From NCBI GenBank assembly GCA_964016885.1, contig OZ024748.1, positions 59,334,001 to 59,398,000 on the forward strand: a DNA stretch of 64,000 nt, written 5' to 3'. Position 1 is the first letter of the stretch; the number at the start of each line of letters is the position of its first letter. This document shows, in pieces, positions 52,455 through 64,000 of the stretch. Made by a program: the position numbers and the translations under genes. The notes below the pieces were generated by a model, which was not told the origin of the DNA, did no database searches, and worked only from the letters and a program-made list of their open reading frames with translations. Origin of the DNA: Eledone cirrhosa. Lineage: Eukaryota.

Positions 52455-53790
52455 GGTGGTGGTGGCAGTAGGGGGTGAGGTTTTACAAGGTGGTGGTGGT
52501 GGTAGTGGCAGCAAAAGATGTCATAGTATAGTGGTAGGGCACCAGTGGTGGTGGTGGTGGTGGTAGCATGATGGTGGTGTGGGATGGTGGCGGTGTGGTA
52601 TGATGGTGGTGAGGTATGGTGGTGGTGGTGATGGTGTTGACGGTAGTGGCAGTGATGGTGGTGATGATGGTGGTGGTGGTGGTGATGGTGTTGATGGTAG
52701 TGGCAGTGATGGTGGTGATGATGGTGGTGGTGGTGGTGATGGTGTTGATGGTAGTGGCAGTGATGGTGGTGATGATGGTGGTGATGGTGGTGATGATGAT
52801 GGTAGTGGTGATGATGGTAGTGGTGATGATGGTGGTGGTGGTGGTGATGGTGGTGGTGGTGGTGGTGGTGATGGTGTTGATGGTAGTGGTGGTGGCAGTG
52901 ATGGTGTTGATGGTAGTGGTGATGATGGTGGTGGTGGTGGTGATGGTGGTGGTGGTGGTGGTGATGGTGGTGGTGATGGTGTTGACGGTAGTGGCAGTGA
53001 TGGTGGTGATGATGGTGGTGGTGGTGGTGGTGATGGTGGTGGTGGTGATGGTGGTGGTGTTGACGGTAGTGGCATTGATGGTGGTGATGATGGTAGTGGT
53101 GGTGGCAGTGATGGTGTTGATGGTAGTGGCGATGATGGTGGTGGTGGTGGTGATGGTGGTGGTGGTGGTGGTGGTGGTGATGGTGGTGGTGGTGGTGGTG
53201 GTGATGGTGTTGATGGTAGTGGTGATGGTGGTGGTGATGATGGTGATGGTGGGATGAGTATTGTTAGGACAAAAGACAGACTTAAATCAATGACAATATT
53301 CATATTAGTTTTGTTTTGCTTTGTTAGACAAGTGTTCATTGTGCTATTGACATGGTGGCAGTGGTGGTGGTGGTGGTGGTGGTGGTGGTGGTGGCAGCGG
53401 TGGTGGTGGCGGTGGTGGCGGTGGTGGCGGTGGTGGTGGTGGTGGTGGTGGTGGTAGTGGTGGTAATAGTAGTTGTGATGCTGGTGGTGGTGGTGGTGGT
53501 GACAGTAGTTGTGATGCTGGTGGTGGTGGTGGTAGTAGTAGTTGTGATGCTGGTGGTGGTGGTGACACTAGTTGTGATGCTGGTGATGGTGGTGGTGACA
53601 GTAGTTGTGATGCTGGTGGTGGTGGTGGTGACACTAGTTGTGATGCTGGTGATGGTGGTGGTGACAGTAGTTGTGATGCTGGTGGTGGTGGTTGTGACAG
53701 TAGTTGTGATGCTGGTGGTGGTGGTGACAGTAGTTGTGATGCTGGTGGTGGTGGTGACAGTAGTTGTGATGCTGCTGGTGGTGGTGGTCA
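52455..53790. repeat. (GGT/GAT)n trinucleotide tract with higher-order units
   Basis: Direct inspection; similar tracts at 56810-57170 and 62700-63520. Confidence 0.93.
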
Positions 53791-54146
53791 TGATTGATGT
53801 TGTAAGGCCAGTGGTTGCCAGGCAGTGTGCCTCACTGCACTGGTGTGCCACGCAAAAAGAACAAGATTCTATTTCATAATGTGAAAAACAGAAATTGAAA
53901 TTCATACCAATCACATACACAACTGTCAAAATGGAAAAACAATTAAACTGAGAATGAAAACAATACCAAAAGACACCAAACACGTGTTTGTCTTTAATAA
54001 CATGGCTCCATTTATTGGCTAAAGAAGGAATTTATACAGTATATACTCAAAGATAAGCTGACCCCTACTATTTTCTGTCTGAGAAATAGCTGAAAATCCA
54101 AACCCTGTTTATAAACTGAAGCAGCTAATCAACGTATTGTTTAGAT

Positions 54147-54363
54147 CAGTGGTCTCCAAACCTTTTTTATACCAAGGACCATGCAAATATATATATATAT
54201 AACTTGGCATTAGGAAGAGCATTCAGCCATAGAAAACCAGCCAGAAACTTTCCTATATGAGCAAGACACAGTCGCCTGACCCAAATTGCCTCTAAATGGG
54301 ACAAACCTGTCTAACCCATGCTAGCGTGGAAGATAGACATTAATCGACGACGATGATGATGAT

Positions 54364-54398
<35 letters not shown>

Positions 54399-54965
54399 AT
54401 TATGCTGGTACCACAAAACATCCAGCCCACACTGTAAAGTGATTGTGTTGGTGTCATGACAAAAAGCACACAGCCCACACTCTAAAGTGGACATGTAAAA
54501 GACACGGCAAAAAACACCCAGCAAACACTGTCAATGTGGTTGGCATTAAGAAGGACATCCAGCCATAGAAAACCAGCCAGAAATACTCTTATATGAACGA
54601 GACATGGTCACCCACCCCAACTTGCCACTAAATGGGACAAATCCGTCTAACCCTTGCTAGCGTGGAAGATAAACGTTAATCGATGATGATGGACTGGCTT
54701 TATGCCGGACAATCTTTCCACAAACTAGTAGCTGCAAATAAAGCTAGACATAAAATATACATTAATTATAAAATGTACTTAAAGTTATGGTAGATAGTAT
54801 TGAGTAGACAAATATTGAATATTTCAACAAATCTTTTTAAATTAAAGTCCAATATTCAATTTATCTATTATATGATTTTAAACAAATTAAATATTTCTTT
54901 GCAGCCTGGTAGCAAATGATCCACAGACCTGTACTGGTTCGCAGTCCAGTGGTTGGGGATCTCTG
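54147..54965. mobile_element. hAT MITE with nested SINE 3' fragments
   Basis: Perfect 8-bp TSD gtttagat on both sides; TIRs cagtggtctccaaac/gttggggatctctg. Confidence 0.82.
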
Positions 54966-55390
54966 GTTTAGATGGTGTATACAAGCCAACCTCCCATTTT
55001 GACATCAATTTTTGGGGTCACATATTCCTCAGCTTATGTTCAAGTATATATGGCATGAATAATTTCTCTGTATTTCTAATTATCTATATATCTATTTTAT
55101 ACTATGCTATCATTATCATCATCATCGTCATCATTCTTACGTCCACGTTTCCATGCTAACATGGGTTCGGCGGGATGATTTGAACTGAAACAATGCTCTG
55201 CAGCCAAAGGCCCTTCATGGCACAAAGCCTTTTAGTCACCTCTTATGACATGAAGCGCAGGGATTTGGTGGACTTATTCTAATCACCAGGATACATATGG
55301 TCAATAAGTATAAATACCGCTTTGAATAAATTTTTAAATTTAGGTACAAATGGCTCTAAAATACTTTTATTTGTTCTAGATCAGGTAGCA

Positions 55391-56507
55391 GTGGGCCACA
55401 TAGGATGTGGCTCATCATAAGGTGGGCCACATAGGATGTGGCTCACAATTAGGTGGGCCACATAAAATGTGGCTCATCATAAGGTGGGCCACATAGGATG
55501 TGGCTCACAATTAGGTGGGCCACATAAAATGTGGCTCATCATAAAGTGGGCCACATAGGATGTGGCTCACAATTAGGTGGGCCACATAGGATGTGACTCA
55601 TCATAAGGTGAGCCACATAGGATGTGACTCATCATAAGGTGAGCCACATAGGATGTGACTCATCATAAGGCAAGCCACATAGGATGTGACTCATCATAAG
55701 GTGAGCCACATAGGATGTGACTCATCATAAGGCAAGCCACATAGGATGTGACTCATCATAAGGTGATCCGCAGGGAATGTGACTCATCATAAGGTGAGCC
55801 ACATAGGATGTGACTCATCATAAGGTGATCCGCAGGGAATGTGACTCATCATAAGGTGAGCCGCAGGGAATGTGACTCATCATAAGGTGAGCCACATAGG
55901 ATGTGACTCATCATAAGGTGATCCGCAGGGAATGTGACTCATCATAAGGTGAGCCGCAGGGGATGTGGCTCATCATAAGGTGAGCCGCAGGGAATGTGAC
56001 TCATCATAAGGTGAGCCGCAGGGAATGTGACTCATCATAAGGTGAGCCGCAGGGAATGTGACTCATCATAAGGTGAGCCGCAGGGAATGTGACTCATCAT
56101 AAGGTGAGCCACATAGGATGTGACTCATCATAAGGTGATCCGCAGGGAATGTGACTCATCATAAGGTGAGCCGCAGGGGATGTGGCTCATCATAAGGTGA
56201 GCCGCAGGGAATGTGACTCATCATAAGGTGATCCGCAGGGAATGTGACTCATCATAAGGTGAGCCGCAGGGGATGTGGCTCATCATAAGGTGAGCCGCAG
56301 GGGATGTGGCTCATCATAAGGTGAGCCGCAGGGGATGTGGCTCATCATAAGGTGAGCCGCAGGGGAAGTGGCTCATCATAAGGTGAGCCGCAGGGAATGT
56401 GGCTCATCATAAGGTGAGCCGCAGGGGATGTGGCTCATCATAAGGTGAGCCGCAGGGGATGTGGCTCATCATAAGGTGAGCCGCAGGGGATGTGGCTCAT
56501 CATAAGG
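55391..56507. repeat. 31-bp internally palindromic minisatellite, about 36 copies, containing 20 TGACTCA sites
   Basis: Unit aggtgagcc(a/g)ca(t/g)(a/g)g(g/a)atgtg(a/g)ctcatcata. Confidence 0.97.
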
Positions 56508-56816
56508 CAGGCTGCACTACTAAAAATTTCAAGGCAATTTTGAAATTAGGTGTGCCACTCAGAAAACCAAATGGGCCACATACAGCTCGCGGGCCGCAGT
56601 TTGCCCATGACTGATCTAAAGTATACCAGGTGCAATCAAAGATGTTCTGCCATTTAGTTTTTTGTAGACACAGTATATCTAAGACTATATTATCTAATGT
56701 GAACTTCTTAAAAAAAAAAAAAATAGTAAGGTCCAATGAGCGAGATTTGGCAGCTACTTTTAACAGGCTGAGCAATGATATAGAGGCTCTTATCATTGGC
56801 TTGATAATGATAATGG

Positions 56817-56857
<41 letters not shown>

Positions 56858-57980
56858 TGGTGAATTAGATGATGATGATGATATTGTGGTGATGGAGAAA
56901 ATAATAGTGTGATGATGATGATGATGATGATATATATGGTGAAATGAGATGGTGGTGATGATAGTGTGGTGATGGAGAAGATAATAGTGTGATGAGGAGA
57001 AGGAGGAGGATGACGATGATGAGAAAAATGATGATGATCATCATGATCATGATGAGGAGGAAAAAGAAGATGATGATATTGTGGTGATAGAGAAGATAAT
57101 AATATGAAGATGATGGTGATAAGGATGATGTTGATGATGATGATGATGATGATGATGTTGATAGTGTAGTGATATTGTGACAACAGTGATACTGAAGAAA
57201 CACTTTTGAAATTAATTTGCTTTTTTCTTCCTTACAGAAACACAATATATGGTAATATAATCTTTTGGTATTATATAAATCAAATCAAAAGTTGGCACTT
57301 AGCAGTTACCAATATAATAAATATTAGCAACTGTGCACATGGAAAAGCAGACATAAACGACAAACAAATGCAATCATCTCTTCTCCTCATCAGCCACCCT
57401 CTGCAAATGCAATTTTGTGAGTTAAAGTGAGATTGTATCATTATAGCCAGGTTGTACAGTGCCTTTAAATATTTAGGGGGGAGGGGGGCAACATAGTTAC
57501 CAAAGAGAAAATAAGAAGTAAGTATAAGTGAATACAAATGAGTATTTCTACTTAGACAACACTGAAAATAGGGTAAATCACCACCAACACCACCACCACC
57601 AAGTGGTGCCAAACTGTATCAGCCATTGCCTTTCCCTTAGACAACATCGGTGATGTGGAAAGAAGAGACTGGTATGCTTGGGTAACTACTGGTCTTCCAC
57701 AAGACATCCCTGCCCGGATTTGTACCTCGGAGGTGAACTTTCTAGGTGCAAATCCCATGATCATTCGTGACTGAAGGGGTTTTTTACATTTATCCTTTAC
57801 CCTTTATATATATATATATATATTTACATATAGTTCACCATACCGAGAACAAATGTTTCACCTTATGCAAATCTTCATATATATATATCATCATCATTCG
57901 TCGACTACTGTCGAGATGATGGATCTCACTCTCATGCCCCAGAATTCCCTGTCCCCAGGTCCTGTCTACTGGATATATAT

Positions 57981-58304
57981 ATATTGAAAGAGTGAAGAAT
58001 AACATGGTCAACGGTACAAAAAAGGGTTTTATTTACAGTATTAACAATTGTTTCACTGATTAAGTTGTCTAAAAATTGCTGAACACTTGAAGTTGTGTCA
58101 CTCAATTTTAAATATGTTAGCTTACCCAGATCATCAGAAAGTCCTTCCTGATGATCTGGGTAAGCTAACGTATTTAAAATTGAGTGGCACAGCTTCAAGT
58201 GTTCAGCAATTTTTAGACAACTTAATCAGTGAAACAATTGTTAATACTGTAAATAAAACCCTTTTTTGTACCGTTGACCATGTTATTCTTCACTCTTTCA
58301 ATAT
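57981..58304. mobile_element. Fold-back element with 157-bp arms and hammerhead core
   Basis: Arms 57981-58137/58148-58304; CUGAUGA (58148) .. GAAA-C-AAUU-GUU (58231-58242); explains the mirror ORFs 57932-58198(-) and 58087-58320(+). Confidence 0.75.
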
Positions 58305-59196
58305 TATTACTCCAAGATAAACTTACATAGGAATTCCCAAGAAATCACAAACTCGCCACCTACGGAAACCTCTTGTTGAGTCAAACACCGCTGTACGCTA
58401 AAACTATCCACAATACGGAGTATTCACAACCTCTAACTGGATTACCTATAACGATATTCCGTTATCCCTTATATATAACATTGTATGCAAATACTCTGTT
58501 CATAAGGGTCTTCTTCTTCACCAACTTAATCCTTAGAGAGGTGTGGGGCAGGGTATTTTACTTAATTTTCTAAGCTATTGACTGTGCTTACAGATATTTT
58601 TGTTTACTGTTTGCTAAATAAACTTCTTGCAGCTGTCTCACCAGAAGCATACATCTTGTGTTGTTGTTGTTGATGATGATGATGATGATGATGATAACAG
58701 TAACAACAACAACAAACAACAACAAAGTATTAGATCAAGGACAGATTCACAAGTATTTGTAAATCAATGGACTAGATAGATAAAATAGATTTGTCCATAA
58801 CAAGGAAATAGTTTTAAAACATTCTACAATGGTTTAGCAGAAAATATCTAAATATGGGTTTCGGAATTTAAACGTTAATTCTATTTTTACTGGTCGGCAG
58901 ATAGTTGTGAAAATTTGCAGAATTAGAGTAAAGACTTTAATTTTTAATGTGATGCAATCTTAGTACTGTTTTGTACTTTTCGAGAATGTCATGTTGTGGT
59001 TTGTTAATTCAAATGTTTAGAGTATTTTTACTAGCGGACAGATAGTTGTGAAAATTTGCGATATTAGCATAAAGAATTTTTAATGTGATGCAATCATAGT
59101 GCTGTATTTTATCAGATTTTCATAGCACTTCACATCTTCAGCAGAAAACTACAGAATGCCATTGAGGTGGGTTATAAATGCTACAACAAAGTTTAA

Positions 59197-59406
59197 CTCT
59201 TTGGCATTTACATTACTCTATATTTACTATTGTATTTTCACAGTAAAGGCTTTACCTCACATAATTATCTCACATAATATCAAATCTATGAAATTTTGAT
59301 ATTATTTATTTTGAGAACAATACCTTAACAGCCTGATACAGCTGGTTTGAACCAAAAAAGGGTGAGAGAATTCTGGCCAGATACAGTTGGTTTAAATACT
59401 AAAGGG
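59197..59406. mobile_element. piggyBac-type MITE, same family
   Basis: ttaa|ctctttggcattta...taaatactaaaggg|ttaa; further partial copies near 37840 and 49895. Confidence 0.72.
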
Positions 59407-59592
59407 TTAACATCAACTACAATTGACTTCACCAGTCTGGGGCAGATCTGCAAAGTTCATATACTCTGTCCTCTATGTCTTAGAATGACGAATACATTAT
59501 TTGTTTTCAACAATGAACATTTTGTCATTCAATGAACACCACATCATACTCTACTTTTTAAATTAACATCAAATTATTCCATACGACTTTAA

Positions 59593-59623
<31 letters not shown>

Positions 59624-60371
59624 ACACACAGAACTTTGTCTTTCTTACTTTCCAAAATGAGAAAAAAAAAAAATGTACCAGTCAAGTACTCAGGGCAATT
59701 CTTGCTCTATATATCTTTCTCACATCCTCACCCTTTCCTTCTCTGGAAGAAATCGGGCATGAGTGAGTGTGAGAGTGTGTATGTGTGTGTTAGTGAGTGA
59801 GTGTATGATGGAACTGTCTTGCAGCACTGTAGAGAACAAAACGTCTCCCAATATAAGAACCAACCATCTCTACTAAATGTTAACCCTCACTAACCAATGA
59901 CCCATTAATCCATTAGTTCCAAACATTATTTTACCATTATCAAATAAATTATCACAGAAAAATCATTACAATTATCACTTATTATAGAATTTAGTTCATG
60001 TTTTTAAGCTATATTTTGTTTCTCTTGCTAACATGTTTTTTTCTCTCACACACACATATATATATATATATACTCACACACACACACATATATATATATA
60101 TAAATAAACATATACACACATATATACAAACATATACACACATATATACAAACATACACACATACATATGTATACACGCATACATATATAAAACATACAC
60201 ACACACACCCATATGCAAACATACACACACATATATATACACAAATATATATATGCGTGTGTATATGTGTATTTTTTGGATTTATTCCAGTATGTCAGTA
60301 ATTTTATTATAGACATCATTATTAATGTTGCTATGAGGTGATTGGTTTTGATTTAGTTGTGTTCTGTGGAG

Positions 60372-61205
60372 AAAGAGAAAGTTGCTTGGTAGTGTAATGT
60401 TGTAGTTGTGTTGGAGAAAGTTGCTTGGTAAGGTAATATTGTAGTTGTGTTGGAGAAAGTTGCTTGGTAATGTAATGTTGTAGTTGTGTTGGAGAAAGTT
60501 GCTTGGTAATATTGTAGTTGTGTTGGAGAAAGTTGCTTGGTAAGGTAATATTGTAGTTGTGTTGGAGAAAGTTGCTTGGTAAGGTAATATTGTAGTTGTG
60601 TTGGAGAAAGTTGCTTGGTAAGGTAATATTGTAGTTGTGTTGGAGAAAGTTGCTTGGTAGTGTAATGTTGTAGTTGTGTTGGAGAAAGTTGCTTGGTAGT
60701 GTAATGTTGTAGTTGTGTTGGAGAAAGTTGCTTGGTAATATTGTAGTTGTGTTGGAGAAAGTTGCTTGGTAATATTGTAGTTGTGTTGGAGAAAGTTGCT
60801 TGGTAAGGTAATATTGTAGTTGTGTTGGAGAAAGTTGCTTGGTAAGGTAATATTGTAGTTGTGTTGGAGAAAGTTGCTTGGTAGGGTAATATTGTAGTTG
60901 TGTTGGAGAAAGTTGCTTGGTAGGGTAATATTATAGTTATGTTATGGAGAGAAAGTTGCTTGGTAGGGTAATATTGTAGTTGTGTTGGAGAAAGTTGCTT
61001 GGTAGGGTAATATTGTAGTTATGTTATGGAGAGAAAGTTGCTTGGTAGGGTAATATTGTAGTTGTGTTGGAGAAAGTTGCTTGGTAGGGTAATATTGAAG
61101 TTGTGTTGGAGAAAGTTGCTTGGTAGGGTAATATTGTAGTTGTGTTGGAGAAAGTTGCTTGGCAGGGTAATATTGTAGTTATATTATGGAGAGAAAGTTG
61201 CTTGG
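60372..61205. repeat. 39-bp minisatellite with 34-bp and longer variants, about 21 copies
   Basis: Unit agttgcttggtaaggtaatattgtagttgtgttggagaa. Confidence 0.95.
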
Positions 61206-61219
61206 TGTAATATTGGAGG

Positions 61220-61258
<39 letters not shown>

Positions 61259-63267
61259 CACATGTCAATTTTATGTAAAAACATGTGAAGATAGCAACAA
61301 CTACAACACAAAATCACCTGACAGGATGGTTTAACCTCACCTACCTATCTTTATATATTTCTAGTGTGTGGAGGGAGAACTAGTACATCAATAAAACACC
61401 TGACTATTAGGCAATGGGTGTCAGGAAGAGGAGATTTATATTTCCTATTTTTTTTTCTTGATTTATATGAACGAATGAATTATCTCAGTGTCCATTTTCC
61501 CTGCTAGCAAGGCTTGGTCAAGCCATCATAGACCAAGTCAGTACTTGGCTAGAGCCACCAACACTAAGTGGGATACTATTATCAACATCGTTTAATGCCC
61601 TTTTCTCCATGCTTGTATGGGTTGGATGGGTCTTTTCCAGCACAGCATCTCTCAACCATCCTTCGTCATCTCCTTTGTGAGTCTCAGTGATTTGAGGTCA
61701 GCTCAAAACATGATAACCTGTCTAACCCGTACAAGCATGGAAATAGACATTAAACTGTGATGATGATGATGAAATGTTAGTCAAGAAATACCATATTTGC
61801 CGGCCTATTAAATGCACTTTTTTTTCCCAAAAAAGAAATATGAAAAAAAAAAGAACCTTCCCTGCATCCATTATGTCCATACCACTGATAGGAGGCTGAA
61901 GAGAGGGTGAGGACAATCATGGTTTTAAACATTTTAGTTTGTATTACTATTAGTATTACCAATACAGTAATATAATATAATTTATATAAGCAAAATGATG
62001 TCAAACTTATATGAGTTTCAGAGAAAACAACAAAATCATTTTTAGTAAATTTATGAGTAAATTCTTTTTTCTGAAAAATGTCTTTGTAAAACCATGGGGC
62101 ATCATATTTGGCATCAAATAGGCCAAAAATATGGTAATTAATCACTTTAATAAGTCCCTTAATATTCTTCATTAAATTAATTGGAATATAGTGTATTTCA
62201 TCAGTTAGCTCATCTAACCCATGCTTACATGGAAAATAGACATTAGATGATGTTGATGATGATGATTATATGTAAAGTTACTACGTTAGTAATAAAATAA
62301 TCAATCATTTTAATGTCCCTTAAAATTCTTCATTAATCAATTAATTAAAATAGAGAATATCTCATTAAACATATGGCCAAGAAAAGGTTAACACCAACAC
62401 CTGGACCTTTGGTGCCGTTAGCAGGGTCCACTCTCTTGCATGTATTTAGGCCAAATCTCTGGATTAAGGATACCTTCCCTACTCCAAACAGTGACAGGGA
62501 CTCTGAAAATGCCTATAGGTACTGACCTTCCCTCCCTATACAATAGCAAAAAAAAAGACAGTCAATGCATTTAATCAAAACTTTTATCTTAGAGGCAAAT
62601 ATTTTGCAAACTGTTACAATTATGGCTATCACAGGTACACCCCCTACTCCCCTCTCTCAAGCTAACAGTTTGGAATAACATTTTTTTTTCAGGGGAGGTG
62701 GGGGATGGTGACAGTGGTGGTGGCGGTGGTGGCAGCAATGGTAGTGATGATAAATGGAAGGTAACAGTGGTGATGGTGGTAATGGTGGTGATAGAAACAG
62801 CAGTTATAATGGTAGTGGTAATGGAGACAGTGGTGGTATTGATAGTGGTGAAAGCAATGATAGTGATGATAAATGGAAGGTAGCAGTGGTGAATGTGATG
62901 GTGGTGCTGGTAGTGGTGACAGAAGCAGCAATTGTAATGGTGGTGGTGGTGGAGACAGCAGTGGTGGTGTTGGAGGCGATGATGATGATGACCAGTACTG
63001 TGTTAGTAAAGACAATATTTCAAAGAGTTACATTAATTCTCACCAGGTCTTCCAGATCCTCCAGTATTTCGATCTTTTTTTTTTCTTTTCCTTCCCTAAA
63101 TTGCAATTAAGACCCCCACCCCACCACCCACTCAACCCTTCCCCCTTCGAAATTAATTGGATAGAACCAGTAAATCACTTTAATTTATAACCAGTTTCAC
63201 TTGATAAACATGATGGTGATGATGGTGGTGGTTGTAATGATGGTGACGCTGGTGGTGGTTGTAATGA

Positions 63268-63298
<31 letters not shown>

Positions 63299-64000
63299 TG
63301 TAGTCGTGATGGTGGTGGTGGTGATGGTGGTGATAGTAGTGGTGATGGTGGTGGTAGTAGTGGTGATGGTGGTGTTGGTGGTGGTTGTAATAATGATGAT
63401 GGTGGTGGTAGTGGTTGTAATGATGATGATGGTGGTGGTGATGGTGGTTGTAATGATGGTGGTGGTGCTTGTGATGATGATGGTGGTGGTGCTTGTAATG
63501 ATGATGATGTTGATGATGAGTGAACAAGCTATGTCAGCTGTTACATCTTCAAAACTCACTCTCTCTCACACACACACACACACATTTATCAATATCACAT
63601 ATGCTCCACATTCTCCTTATATGACACTCCACCAATCCAATGTCTGTCCATCCCCCCCCCCCCCAAAAAAAAACATGCATGCATATATACAGAGATCTAG
63701 TCAGCCATATTGACCCAATATTTTATCGATCCCTATTTGTCAAACCTCTATGTTATGGTACAAGACACACACACATCAGCAGCAGCATTTTTATATCAAA
63801 TTTTCCATGCTGGCATGAGATGGGACCTCTTGAGGCAATGTTTTACAGCCCTTCCCAAAACCAACCCTTTTAGTAACCTCTTACGAACACACGGGGATAT
63901 GGTGTACCTATTCTGAATACACATGATACACCCAACACACACATACACACAATATGCCTCCACAGTTTCCATCTAGTAAATTTCACTTGAAAGGCCTCTG

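Noticed and set aside
52521-53983. Pro-, Gly-, Val- and Thr-rich ORFs (extensin- or mucin-like)
   Set aside because: (GGT)n tract open in nearly all frames on both strands.
57932-58320. Two near-identical ORFs on opposite strands
   Set aside because: Trivial consequence of the DNA palindrome.
62689-63713. Poly-His, poly-Thr and poly-Val ORFs
   Set aside because: Trinucleotide repeat translations.

Overview
AT-rich, microsatellite- and SINE-dense animal DNA; the repeat families and style suggest an octopus/coleoid cephalopod (inference). The only protein gene I can support is a 10-coding-exon ATF2/ATF7/CREB5-family bZIP transcription factor on the minus strand (CDS 37018 to 16369, 1827 nt, 608 aa). 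It has a C2H2 finger, the TPTP MAPK sites, an FxxxF docking motif and the bZIP, and all splice phases are consistent with GT-AG introns. A candidate 5'UTR exon rich in uORFs lies at 39760-39908. Other long ORFs in the track come from microsatellites or tandem arrays. The most notable signal is about ten fold-back elements, mostly inserted in (TA)n tracts, built as inverted arm + forward arm + unpaired tail. These and nearby fragments carry type I hammerhead ribozyme cores with palindromic mini stem III, as in Penelope-like retroelements, and several tails share a covarying bulged hairpin (ACUC-stem-UN-GAGU). Several complete cores lie in sense orientation within the ATF2 introns. Large tandem arrays (31, 39, 46, 78, 81 bp) are present, and three trace to hAT, SINE or RTE sequence. 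The 31-bp array carries 20 perfect AP-1 sites upstream of this bZIP gene.
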